Assembly (NCBI GenBank): GCA_013265495.1
Contig: MU057809.1
Span: 981,062-1,045,061, forward strand
DNA length: 64,000 bases
Direction: 5' to 3'
Source: Vicugna vicugna
Lineage: Eukaryota
Shown here: one piece after another, positions 1-11,511 of the stretch
How the letters are laid out: every line of letters starts with the position of its first letter
Numbering within the stretch: the stretch's first letter is position 1
Position numbers and translations under genes: made by a program
Notes under the pieces: generated by a model
Databases searched by the model: none
The model's input: only the letters and a program-made list of their open reading frames with translations
Told to the model about the DNA's origin: nothing

Positions 1-239
1 GAGAAGGGAGACCGGCCAGTTCTCACCAGGACACACGGGCCCCGACGCCGTGCCCAGATGTGCTCAAGACGTCCCCTCGTGTGTCGTCCAGCACACCTGT
101 ACAAGGACATGTACCTTAGCCTTGTCTGTGGTGGTGAAAACTGGCCGCCACCCAGATGGAGTCCCCATCGCAGCCCACACTCCGCCTGCAGCGCCTGACA
201 CCTGCTGACCGCCTCTGTTTGTCTGCACTCACTGAAGCG

Positions 240-1325
240 CCCACTGCAGGACTTGTTCTGGGGGTTTTGCCGAGGGCACCGAGGCACAGACCCACCGCAC
301 CTGCCGGGTACCCTTTACCTGGGCAGTTCCACACGCACCTGCTCTGTCGTCAGCCACGCCCCCTGCTCCCACCCCAGAGATCGCGAACCCGGTTTCCACC
401 CCCACGGTCTGCCCTCTCCCACTTGTCAGATGAGTGAGTCATCACACAGGTAGCCTTTGTGTCTGGCTGCTTTCACTCAGGAAAACGCATTCCCGGTTCA
501 TCTACGTTGCTCTTGATTCAAGAGCTTGGTCCGTTTTATCACCGACCAGCATTCCAGGGTGAGGACGGGCCGGCTGGTTCATCCGTTCCTCTGCAGAGGG
601 GCGTCCTGACTGCCCCTGGTCTTGATGATGGCAAACAAAACTGCTACAGACATTCGCGTCCAGGCCCCTGGGTGGACGAAAGCCTTCAATTCACGTGGGT
701 CAAGACCTAGGAGGGCAGCTGCTGGGGCCCGTGTGTGCCAGAATTGAGAGGAGCCTCGCGGCCTCCCCAGGTTGCTTTCCACGGCGGCTGCTCCCCGCTG
801 CACCCCGCCAGCAAGAGGGAGAGCGCCTGCTGCTCCAGGCCTCACCGGCCAGGTTCCCTTTACCTGGGTGCTGTGGCGAGTGTCTTAGATTTTGGCCATT
901 CTGAGGGGGTGCGGTGGTGCCTCGCTGCCATTTCAATATGCGACTCCCTGATGACACGTGACGTGGGGGGTCCTGTCTTACGCTTGTTTGCCTTCTGTGT
1001 ATGTCCTTTAGTGAAGTGTCTGTTCAGACCTCTCACTCATTTTCAAATTAGACTGCTTCGTATTGTTGAGTTTTAAGAGTTCTTCCTGTATTTTTCGTAC
1101 ACTTTGATTATCAAATACGTGATTTGCAAACGTTTTCTTCCGGTTTCTTGTGTTTTCCTTCACTTCAGAGTATCTTTGACAGAGCAAGAGTTCTCAACTT
1201 TAATGAAAGCAAATCGATCAATTTTTTACTTTCATGGATTGTGCTTTTGGTGTTACACCTAAAAAAACTATTGTCAAACCTAAGCTCACACAGATTTTCT
1301 CCGATATTTTCTCCTAGAAGATCAC
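240..1325 (-). mobile_element. Old LINE-1 (L1MB/L1MC-like) 3' ORF2 end and 3'UTR, antisense
   Basis: Segments tttgtgtctggctgctttcactcag, ttttggccattctga, gtgaagtgtctgttcaga and ggattgtgcttttggtgt follow the antisense L1M 3' consensus collinearly (from memory). Confidence 0.85.
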
Positions 1326-1399
1326 AGGGCCTTTTCAAGTGCTGAGCCAGAGAACGTGCACATAGCAGCGCTCGGCCCAAGCTAAACGTTCAGACCTGT

Positions 1400-1780
1400 T
1401 CGCTTATAAAACGTGCGTACTTTCTGAACAATTCCGCTTCTAAGAACTTCTCCTACAGGAGTAGTAAGTGATGCAAGCAAAGCTCTGGGGACACGTGTGT
1501 TGACCAAAGCGTCATTTACAACAGTGAACCAAAAACTGAAGACAAACATCTAACAGGAACAATTTGGTTAAATAAAGGATTCGTAACGACAGGAATTCAC
1601 TATCGAATTCATCAGGTTGTACCTCTGAAATACGTGTAGTTTGCTGCACAGGAACCACACCCCAGCAAAGGTGTTTAAAAAACAGAGAGTAATTCATTGC
1701 CAAAAAGTTACATTTTAAAAGCGTGGTTAATGTGGAAAACGTTCACAAAAGATTAGACAAAATAAGAAGACCCAAGCCAA
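1400..1780 (+). mobile_element. L1ME-like 3' fragment
   Basis: aattccgcttctaagaacttctcctacagga, ttggttaaataaa and tggaaaacgttcac resemble the L1M 3' consensus. Confidence 0.55.
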
Positions 1781-2999
1781 GCACGCTCGGAGTGTTGCAC
1801 TTTCCCCAAAACGACATCAGCCAAGTGCACGCCTCGCACGTGCGCGTGCCGGGGAGCACCTGAGCCAGCGGGCCACCGCGGCGCCCGCCGGGCGGAGGGT
1901 TACGGGAAGCCTTCACCCTCACCTGTCCTGCTTTCTTCTCCTGCGCTGTCAAGTGCTCCCGATGGAAACGCTCCCCTTGTGTAAGCAGAATTTTACAAAG
2001 TTACAAATAACAGCTGCCATCTTCTTCACCTCCCTCCTGCCCTCCCTCCTTCCTTCCAGCGTGGAAGCGAGGCGTCCAGCACGAGGAGCAGCAGGCGCAG
2101 CAGCCCCGCGGGGAGAACCACTCCCATCAGTCAGAGCCCCCGCCTCCCTCCCGCACAGGACGGCGCTGGCCCTGCACACACAGGCTGGGGCCAGGGCCCT
2201 CCCCGGGGACCCACAGGAAGCGACTGGCCCTGCTCAGAGGAACTCGGGGTGCTGGCCAGTCACAGTCAGGGGCTGGGGGCACCCCCAAGCAGACTTCAAT
2301 TGGCAGGAAAGGCCCAGGATGAACACATCATGTTACCAGCTGGACAGTCCAGCTGGACTTCTCCCAAAGACCCGGAAACAATTCGGAGGGAGAAATGGGA
2401 CAAATGGACCCGCCACAGATGGCAAGTGTCACCCTGGAAAAGAAGACAATCCCTAAGGCCAGGAGGGCAGTGCTGGGCCAGAGGCCGCAGACCCGCCGGT
2501 CCACAGCACCGTCCCCAGGGCCCCGCGGGACCCACCCAGAAGCAGAACGCAGCTCTCACTGTGTAACTGGGCCCCGCCCTCAGCAGGGAACACTGACCAC
2601 CAATGAGTGTTGACACTGGTCAGAGCACCCGCCCCAAGCCCCGTCCACTCAAGCAAGAGGAGAGAGACAAGAAAAGGGACGCAGCAGACTCAACAACACG
2701 CTGACCAGGGCTGAGTGGCACGGAGAGCAGCCTGGCAGAGGACAGGGCGGAGCTACTCTGGGAGATGGGGTGGCCGGGAAGGGAACATTTGTGAGGAGCC
2801 AAGAGAAACGCCAAGGAGCATGCTGCTGCCTTACCTGGCCAGAGAATGTTCCAGAAAGGGAGGCAGACAGTGCAAAGGCCCTGGGGTGGGAGCAGGACCT
2901 GCAAGCGCAGGTGCAGCAGGGCAGCAGGAGCACGACGAAGCCAGAGAAGTATTATTCCTGAACCCCACCCTTCTCCCCACGCCACCAATTCCAGGTGGA

Positions 3000-4010
3000 C
3001 AGTGGCTGTGAATGTAAAATGTAAGAAACAAAGCTCTTTGAAAAAACACAGCAGAGCATTTTTCTGATCTATGTAACCAAAGATTTTTTTAAGACACAAA
3101 AAGAGGTAACAGCATGAGACAAATTTGATAAATAAGATCCAAAATTGAGAACTTCTATTACTCAAAAGACAGTGATGAGAACACTGGAAGTAAGCCACAT
3201 ACGGAGAGAAGGTGTTTGCTATGTACACACGTACACACAGAGACCATATAAAAAACTCCCGCAGACCAGCAGGTGTGTGACGCAACCACCCAAGAGGGAA
3301 ACGGGCAGAGGGCTTGACGACGCACATGCCAGACAGATGACGTCCCAACGGCCAGTAAATGTCCAGACAGGCGCTGAGCCGCACTGTCACCGGGGGAACA
3401 GGGGAGGGGGACACACGAAGGAAGCGCTAGCCCTGCCCCCAGGACGCGTCACGTACCTGAAAGCACCAAGCGCGAGTGAGCCCGGGGGCGGCCAGATGTC
3501 GGGTCAGCGCCACCGGGGGCCTGGGGACACGCCCCGCACACGCACACACACGGGGTCTGACGGCCCAGCGGCCCCGCTCCTCAGTCTGACACGAGCACCA
3601 GAGACAGGCGGGGACGGCCAGGGCGGCGCGGCCCACGAGCACCCCGACCGGAGACCCCCACCCCGAATGCCCACCAGCCGCAGGGGGAGTTCAGAGAACG
3701 ATGGTACAGCCACCAACCGCAACACCGCACAGCAGTGACAGCGAGCCAGTGACGACCACATGCGCGTGAGCAGAGGACAGCGTGTCTCTTCTGGACCGTT
3801 CGGCACACACGAGCTCACGGCCCAGTCATGTCGGATCAAAACAGGCAAGAGTGGTCTGGGGCTGGCGGCCAGGCCGGTGACTCCCAGGACCGGGGGAGGG
3901 AACTGGAGGGCGGCGGGGGGGCTTCAGGGGCTGGTGATCTTCTGCTTCGTGATTTGGGAGCCGGTTTCACTGCTCACGGATAGTTTGTGTTTTTCTTATA
4001 CGTGCTTCAC
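3000..4010 (+). mobile_element. Old LINE-1 ORF2 end and 3'UTR fragment
   Basis: The A-rich block caaaattgagaacttctattactcaaaagacagtgatgaga and the downstream gggggcttcaggggctggtgatcttctg...tgatttgggagccggtttcac are typical of L1ME 3' ends. Confidence 0.7.
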
Positions 4011-7000
4011 GTCAACAAAAAGTGACGTAAATGAAGATAATGTTTCAAATTTAAAAGTCATTAAGTAGCAAAAGTTATTGTAAAATATCTTTTGAAAGCT
4101 TTTGCTTGAAGGAGAAGCACACACTCCTCCATCCAGCCTTCCTTTAATTTCAAAGCAGAAAGGCAGCAGGCCCTGCAGGGAGGGTGCCCAGCGCTCCCAG
4201 ACACACGCAGGGCTTCATCTTCTGGGGACCCGGGAGCAGCACCGGCTGTCGCTAAAAAAGAAGACAATGAACAGGAGGGAGACTGAGGGAGAGCAGCAAG
4301 CCTGGTGGGGCGGGGAGGCAGGTCCCCAGACAGCCGCCTCCACGACCCGCCCGCTGCCGGCACCCAGCACCGGGCACGCACGCTGAGCACAGGCTGGGTG
4401 GGCGCTGCCAGGACTCTGCAAAGGACTCCAGAGCAGGGGCCAGGAGGAAGAGCCAGGCTGGAGCCACAGACAGGCGGCAGCAGGGGGACAGTGGTGCCCA
4501 CAGCACGTTCAGTGGCAGCAGAAGGCAGGGACCGGGTGGCTGGAGAAAGAGGGGGGCGGGGTCCTCCCCAGGGGAGACCGTGGTTCTGTACGGAGCGGGG
4601 AGCGCACGGCGGTGGGAAGGGTCTGAGAGATGTGTCAGAGCCGGGCGGAGAAGACAGGGTCCAATTCCTTCGGACCTGCAGGCATCCGATGTGTCACGCT
4701 GTCTCGGAGGTCACAAAAAAGTAAGCAAGCACCACAGCCAGGCTGGCATGCGGACAAAGCGGGCAGGCTGCAGACCCTGCGCAAAGGAAAGGTGTCGTCC
4801 AGACCCGGACGGGAGGCCCCCAGGGACCCCTCCAAGAGAACTCCAATCAGAAGGCCGTCCCAGTTGGCCAAAACAAGGACTCCCAGAAAGAAAGGGGCGT
4901 GACCCCCCGTGCGATCAGGTACAAAGCAGTCCCTCTTGAGCACACGGGCTGTGAGCGTTCCCTCCCAGTGCCATCACCTCCAGACAACACGTCAAACCTG
5001 GCTCCAAGACTCACACAGCCCCACGTCTGCAGTGATCTTGCATTCTGGCTCTCGTGATCTGCAGGGCCCATGTCCCTCCCATGGGGCCTCCCCACTGGGT
5101 TCCGCATTTTGCACTTTCCTGCTGCCCTCCTAGGATGTCACTGGCACACCCACCTCCCACTCCACTTGCTGTGTGCAGGGGCACCGGGGACACAGATCCG
5201 AAGAGGGCGCCCTGGTTGTAGATGTCCCCGAAGACAGCTTCACGCGCTGCAGGACGGCAGGGAAGCCCTAGCAGACAGCAGAGACCAGGACCAGGGTCAC
5301 GCATGCCCAGACTCAGCTGGAGAAGGGCAGGTGCCCTAAGAACTTCTTGGAGACGTTCCAGGCAGACCAGTCAGCTCAGCCCCCTCCAGGGGGCACAGGG
5401 ATGGGCACAAGGGGCGGGCTTGCTCAGCTGCGGCCCGAACGGGGGCTGAGTGGGCAGAGCTGCGCAAAGCGCACTGGTCAGAATGCTGGCTCCAAGCCCG
5501 TCCCCAGCCCTGATGGGCCTGTGGCTCCGGGCGAGGGGCCGTACAGGAGCTTCGACCCAGACGACTTCAGAGGGGCGTGGCCGGGTCTGGGTGGCAAGAA
5601 GCCCCGGGCCTGGGGCATCGGTCAGGCTCTGCACACGGGAGTCCCGCTGGTCCACCCACCAAGGAGGCTCAGCCCAGCGAAGAACAGGAGAGCTCAGGCC
5701 CCCTAAACTGTGTGCAAACGAGGCTGGGGACAGGGAAGAGGCCATGCCAGGGCCACAGAGAAAGGAGACCCAGACCCTGGGGCTGCCCAGCAGGAGGGGC
5801 CGCACCCGGCAGCATGTGGCCCCACACGGAGCGTGGAGGCCGAGTCCCGCGGCAGCTCTCCACCATGTGTCACGGTCACGTGTGTGCACATGCACGTGCA
5901 CACACGCGTTTGTCCTGGCCGGCTGACGGCTCAGGAGAGTGAGCTACACTGAAGAGGCCCACCCGCGAAAGAACCCCAAACTGTGCATCGCGGCGGAGCT
6001 CCGGACGCCGGGAATACAGGAGGAGGAGCCCAGCTACCGGGGGCGCTCCCTGCGACCAAACCGATGGCGCAGAAAGCCACGCTTCTCACCAACGCCACGC
6101 GGGCAGTGAGGACGGGACAGGGGCCAGGCCGGCCGCCAGGTGAAGGGAGAGGAGACCTGAGACCAAACACGTCAGGGGTGTTGCCCTCAAGGGGGTCCCG
6201 GCAGGAAGGTTCCGCAGGCACGAAGCCAGTGCCAGGGTGACTCTCCCACCCTGGACCGAGGCGCCCACCTGCCCCTGCGCTGGGAACGCTGGCCGAGCTC
6301 TCGCCCACTCGGCTCCGAACCTGGTGAGCCCCGGGGCGGCTGCTCTGCCTCGTCAGCATTCGGCAGCACGCCGCTCCTCTCTCTCTCGTTTGCCTTCCTT
6401 TGTGCTACAGAGATAAGTAACGTTTCTAATCTGCTATCGCCCAGCTGCAAACGCTTGAGCATTTTTTTTATTTAAAAAGTAAAATCTCATTTTAGATTTG
6501 CAAGAGAGACAGCTACCCACACACGTACTAACAACCTGCCACCCAGAGGCCAGGCGGGCCCTGCGGACAGAAGGGCACACGTCACGGGGGAGCCACCAAA
6601 GCCCCAGACACCTGGATGAGGAGACCCACGTCTCCAAAATTCCTCTAGACACACGCAGAGGCCTCCCACCCACTGTCACCTCCTGCTGACAGTCTGGAGG
6701 CATGAGCTACCAGTTCTGCGGGGAACCACCTCTGGGAGGCCACGCAGGACCCCCCAAAAACTGGCTGCTCCCTGCAAGGACCCCCCCATGGGCCGACCAG
6801 CCATGAGAAGGAAGAGCACGGGGCCCTGGGGTGCAGCAGAGTCAGCGAGGGGCCAGGGCTGAGCGCACACACCCTACTGCCTGAGGGCCACAGCCTCTCT
6901 GCAGGCAGGGGCTCTCACACTTCACACGACGCCTAGGCCTGTCTGGGGACAGCATTCGGCCATCACCCCCCAACAGGTGGGGATGAGAGTAATCAAGCAG

Positions 7001-7339
7001 AGCAAGGGGTGCCCAGAGCACCTTCCAACGACAGCAGCCGGCAGGGGACAGGGCAGAGTGACAACGCCCACTGCACCCTGGACTGGCACCTGCGCGCTTG
7101 TCTGGTCCTGCAGCCCCAGGAGAGGAAGCAGCAGCCTCTGGGCCCAGCGTCAGGGCAGGGGTCAGAGCTAAAAGGCGGTCCCGCCAGGAGCTTCTGAAGA
7201 TGAAAACCCTGCCTCCTGGTGGGTGGTGACAGCGGCACCTGGACTTCACAAGGCCCGAGGGTCCTGCCGGGACAACCCAGCCAAGGGCGCGGCCCTGCAG
7301 TGCCCGGCCCCTCCCCACCCACTGGCACGGCGGGAGCCG

Positions 7340-7360
7340 GGCGCTGTCCGTGGTGCTGGG
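7340..7360 (-). promoter_or_regulatory. REST/NRSF binding site (RE1/NRSE)
   Basis: The minus strand reads CCCAGCACCACGGACAGCGCC against the consensus TTCAGCACCACGGACAGCGCC. That is 19/21, with both half-sites and the canonical 2-nt spacer intact. Confidence 0.8.
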
Positions 7361-7477
7361 CCTGGCTCACAGCAGGGAGTCCTTCCACACTGCGGCCCTG
7401 ACAGCACACAGGAAGCAGGGCGAGCCTGAGACACTCAGACAAGTCTGCCTGAGCCTCGGTCGGCCTGCATATCTTAC

Positions 7478-7532
7478 CTCATCTTGGCAACTTGTTCTGG
7501 TTTTGTCAACATCTTAGAAAGTTATTTTGACC
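7478..7532 (-). other. Candidate cryptic or alternative MAD1L1 exon (55 nt)
   Basis: The minus strand reads cctttcatgtcctgtcctccaagcccctccag|GGTCAAAATAACTTTCTAAGATGTTGACAAAACCAGAACAAGTTGCCAAGATGAG|gtaaga. It has a pyrimidine tract, an AG acceptor and a strong donor. The ATG at 7512 runs MLTKPEQVAKM-S and ends in phase 2. No transcript evidence is available. Confidence 0.4.
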
Positions 7533-10500
7533 CTGGAGGGGCTTGGAGGACAGGACATGAAAGGTCTCCGCTCACAGCAAACGCAGCCCTAGCACTCACC
7601 CTCACGCTCACCTTCATTTCCCAGACACACCTGAGAGCTGGCGCCCAGGTTAAAATTTTATCATTTCTGTACCAGCTCAGTTATCAGCAGACTCTCATTT
7701 GCACGTGTCAGAGGAAGAGAGAGTCACCTAATTAACCACTTTCCCATCAACCAAAGGAAGGGGCTGTATGCCCATTTCTCCTCCACTCCAGCTTCCCACC
7801 CGCTGAAACCCCCTCCCCTTTAATCAGAGCAGACTCCTCCTCCTCTGTCATCGGGGGCTGGAAAAACTCACGCCAATTACAGGGATTTTAAACAGGCCAA
7901 CGTACACACCGTCCTTCTCGCTGTAAGACCTGCCACTGAGGGGAGACCCCGACCACGGAGCGGGCTCTGCTCCACCCTGAAGTCCCCACCCAGGAGGCTG
8001 TTCAGACTGGAAGGAACAGATCCTCTCTGCCGCCAACACAGCAACGTGAACAGATGTCACCGCGCTCACCGGCTGGGCCGCGCTCTCTGCGGCCCCGAGC
8101 CAGCACAGGGCCCGACACACACTCCGAACCACATGGAAGATGGAAGGGGCGCGAGCTCCGGGCAGACGGCAGGGCTGGAGCCAGGAGGCCTCGCTCGCCC
8201 AGAGCCTGACCTTGCCGGTGAGCCTCTGACCCCGCGTGCACCATGGAAATGAGTCTACCCACCAGCAGAGGCCGCGGAGACGGCACAGGAGGGAGCCAAG
8301 TCCTGGCATGGTCACCACACGGTGGGTTCTCAGCGGACACCAAGCCTTGCAGCCGCAGTCACCACCAGCACGGCACACACTTCAGCCCAGACGTGACCCC
8401 AGGTCTACCACCCAAAGATGTGCCACCCCGCTCCTCCAGAGGTGGGAGGTCAGTGTCTGGAACAGGCTCTGCAGATGGGCACTGCCCCCTCTCCAGCTCC
8501 AGCCCCACAACCCGAAGGAGAGACACCAGCCCCCTGGAGTCAGCTCTGCAGAGCCCTGTCACACAGGCTCGCCCCAGCTCCTTGTCCCCTCTGCCTGGAT
8601 GTCTCCACAAGTGGCCACTCCTACTTGTGCTCAGGTCTCGACCTCAGGGTCCCCCGATTCCTCGGGGGGGGCAGTCGCTGACCACCACCCCCACCCGACC
8701 AGGGCCCTTACAGCCACGCAGTCCTCACCTCTGCCGCCTCCGTGTGTGGTCCTGCAGGAGACACACGCTCGGCGAGGCCACGGGCCACGTCATGTCTGTC
8801 CCTGAGCAGGCAGCATCCAGTGCATGCAGCTCAGTGAACACGCTCCCATTTGAGCGAAAAAAATGGAGAAGGAAACGGGCGGAGTAGGGGGTAAGTAAAG
8901 CATCCCTGAGAGGCCGCCGGCACTGGACACGCTGTGCGGAGTGGGGCCCCGGGAATCAGATGACGCTGCTGGACCGGCGCACGGTGGGCCCGGACGGCCC
9001 AGACAGAGCACAGAGGCTCCAGCTCTCTCTCAAGGGCAGAACACCCAGACGAGGCCCCAGAGGGGGCTGCGCTGGGAAGAAAAGGGAGTGGGGGGCCCAC
9101 TCCCCACCAGGGCACCCCCATAGCGCACGGCTGAGCCGCAGAGCCAGCATCCCTCCACATCCCCAGGGAGGCTGACAGTCACAGGCAGCGCCCTGGGCCC
9201 TGGAAACACGGTGGGGAGCGCACAGCCACGGGAGGAGGTGGCCCCGGAGCCCAGCAGAGAATTAAGTCTGCAGCTGGTGTCTGGACACCACTGACGAAGG
9301 GAAGTGTGTTCCTGAGCTGCCTGGAGCTAAGCGTCCCCAGTCACAGGGATGATGGGCGCTCTCCAGCCCAGCCGCCCAGCACGGCGGAAGCCACGCAGGC
9401 CGGCTCCCCGGGGGGAATGCCCTGAGCCCGCCTGGTCCCTCTGACACAGAGCCAGCACCGACAACTCCAGGACACACCAGAGCCACGGGGTGGCGCACGC
9501 ACCACCACACTCTCCCGGGAGAGGAAGACTGGAGTGTCAGTAGCAACGTGCATTTATGGACAAAGCTCCCCACACAGCAGCTCTCTGGGCTACATGAGTC
9601 CCCTCCTCACTGAATTCTTAACCTGAAAACCAACCACCTTACACTGAGGCGCCTCATTCTGACGGCAATGCCTGTTCTGTGGAAGCCGGCGCCACAACGT
9701 CCCACTGCGATTTCCCCAGCCCAGGGAGCTCAGCGTGCGCCAGGCGCGTAGGCCATCCCAGTCCCCACTCTGGGGCCTCGAGCCACTGTCCCCCCTTCCC
9801 CTGTGGTGCGAACAGCAAGACTGTGACCCTCAAGCCCAGCAGCCGAGGAGTCATAGAGCCCAACAGGGTACTCTGCCTGGGGTGCAGGGCAAGGCAGCTC
9901 TCCCTTCTGAACACTGCAACACGAGGATCACACAGGTCTGTCACAGGCCACCCAAGGACGGAGTCCTGCCTCTCTCCATGAGCCGGACGCCTGGTTTTCC
10001 AAAAGCCGTCCAGTGGTGAGAGGCTGGCTCTGCCACACCTGACTCTCACCACGACACAGGCATGGCCCACCTGCGGCACGTCGTGAGCAAATGGAGAAAG
10101 ACGGTACCTGCTGCCCAGGAGCTGACCCTCCACGGAGGTCAGTTACAACCAGGTGGACAGGGGCCACATGCCATAAAGGGGCTGAGGCCGAGGGCTGGCC
10201 GCATGGCGTGGTTACAGAGGGCCTCGACCAGGCTCGGAGAACGGAGAGGGTCGTGGTGGGCTCCGGGAGCGGCCTGAGAGAGGCTCCAGAACCACAGGCC
10301 GGCAGGGGCCCACAGGTCCAAGGGGCACTCAGATTCTAGAGAACACAGGCCCTGTGCCACGGCAGCGATGGCAGGGGAGCGACCGAGTCTGTAGGCTGCC
10401 CTCCAGAGAAGGGCCGGGGGACAGGAGCAGCAGCGACCCAGCGCAGGTTTAGATGCATCTGGGGGCGGACAGGGTGGAGGCAGAATAGCGCCGTGCAGAG

Positions 10501-11409
10501 CGAGCCTACACCGTCCTGCAGCCAGCAGGTCCACACCCTGGGAAGGTCCTTCTGCAAAACAGGCAGGGACAACAGAGCTCCTGCAGGTGCAGCTGCCCCG
10601 ACAAGGGGGACTCGGGGACAGTTAAAGCCCCCTGCCCTCTCTCCCCAGAATCCCCAGCTCACCCCTCTCACCAAGGCTGAGCAGTCCCGTCCCTCCCAGT
10701 CACAGTCCTAGAAGCGTGCATCCTCCACAGCAGTGTCCTCTCGGTAGCCAGGGTATCCAGCCAGCATCACCACACAAGCCCCCAGCTCGGGCCCCCCGAG
10801 CAGGGCCGGCCACCCTTCTCTCTCCTCCCTCTCCCTGCCTGCCTGCTTCTCCAGGCCCCTCCAAATTCTCAGGAGGCAGAGAGAAGAGACAGCACAGGAA
10901 ACCACCATGAGCGTCCCCACCTCCCGGAGCTGGCACTGGCCCCTGACGGGTGCGCACACTGGCCCCTGGGAAGCCTGCACTGACCTGGTCCCCACATAGC
11001 TCTGCCAACAGGTGCACCGCAGACCCTGCCCCGGACGAGTGGCAGTTCAGTCCCTGCTGGATCAGTACCGCGAGGTGGGACGGAAGACAAGCCCAGGCCC
11101 CAGTGAGGCCTACAGCTCGCTCCCAGAAAACACACGTCACTTTGCCCCCACCTTCCTTCCCCTCTTGGAGCCCCAGTTCCCTCAGCCGCCCCCAGTGGAC
11201 CCGCACTCACTCTCTCTCCCTCCCTCCCTCCCCGCTGCACACACCTGTCTTTAACCCCCATGAACACAGGCCCCTGGGATCACCTGCCAAGCCTTCTGTG
11301 TTTCTCTCGAGGCCCCGCTTCCACTAGTTTAAGCACTGAGGATGGAACACTGTTCCTCTCTGTTGGGGAAGGGGTGGCAGACACACAGCACATGAGCCTC
11401 CCTCCTGGG

Positions 11410-11511
11410 AGCCCCTTTCCTCCCCCTCTCCTCCCTCTGCCTCCTTCCTCTTGCCCTTCCCCACCTCCTCCCTTCCCCCGCTTCCCCTCCCCACTCCTCC
11501 CTCCTCCTCCT
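11410..11511 (+). repeat. Low-complexity polypyrimidine (C/T) tract
   Basis: About 100 bp, almost all C/T on the plus strand (cccctttcctccccctctcctccctctgcctccttcc...), so G-rich on the MAD1L1 sense strand. Confidence 0.85.
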
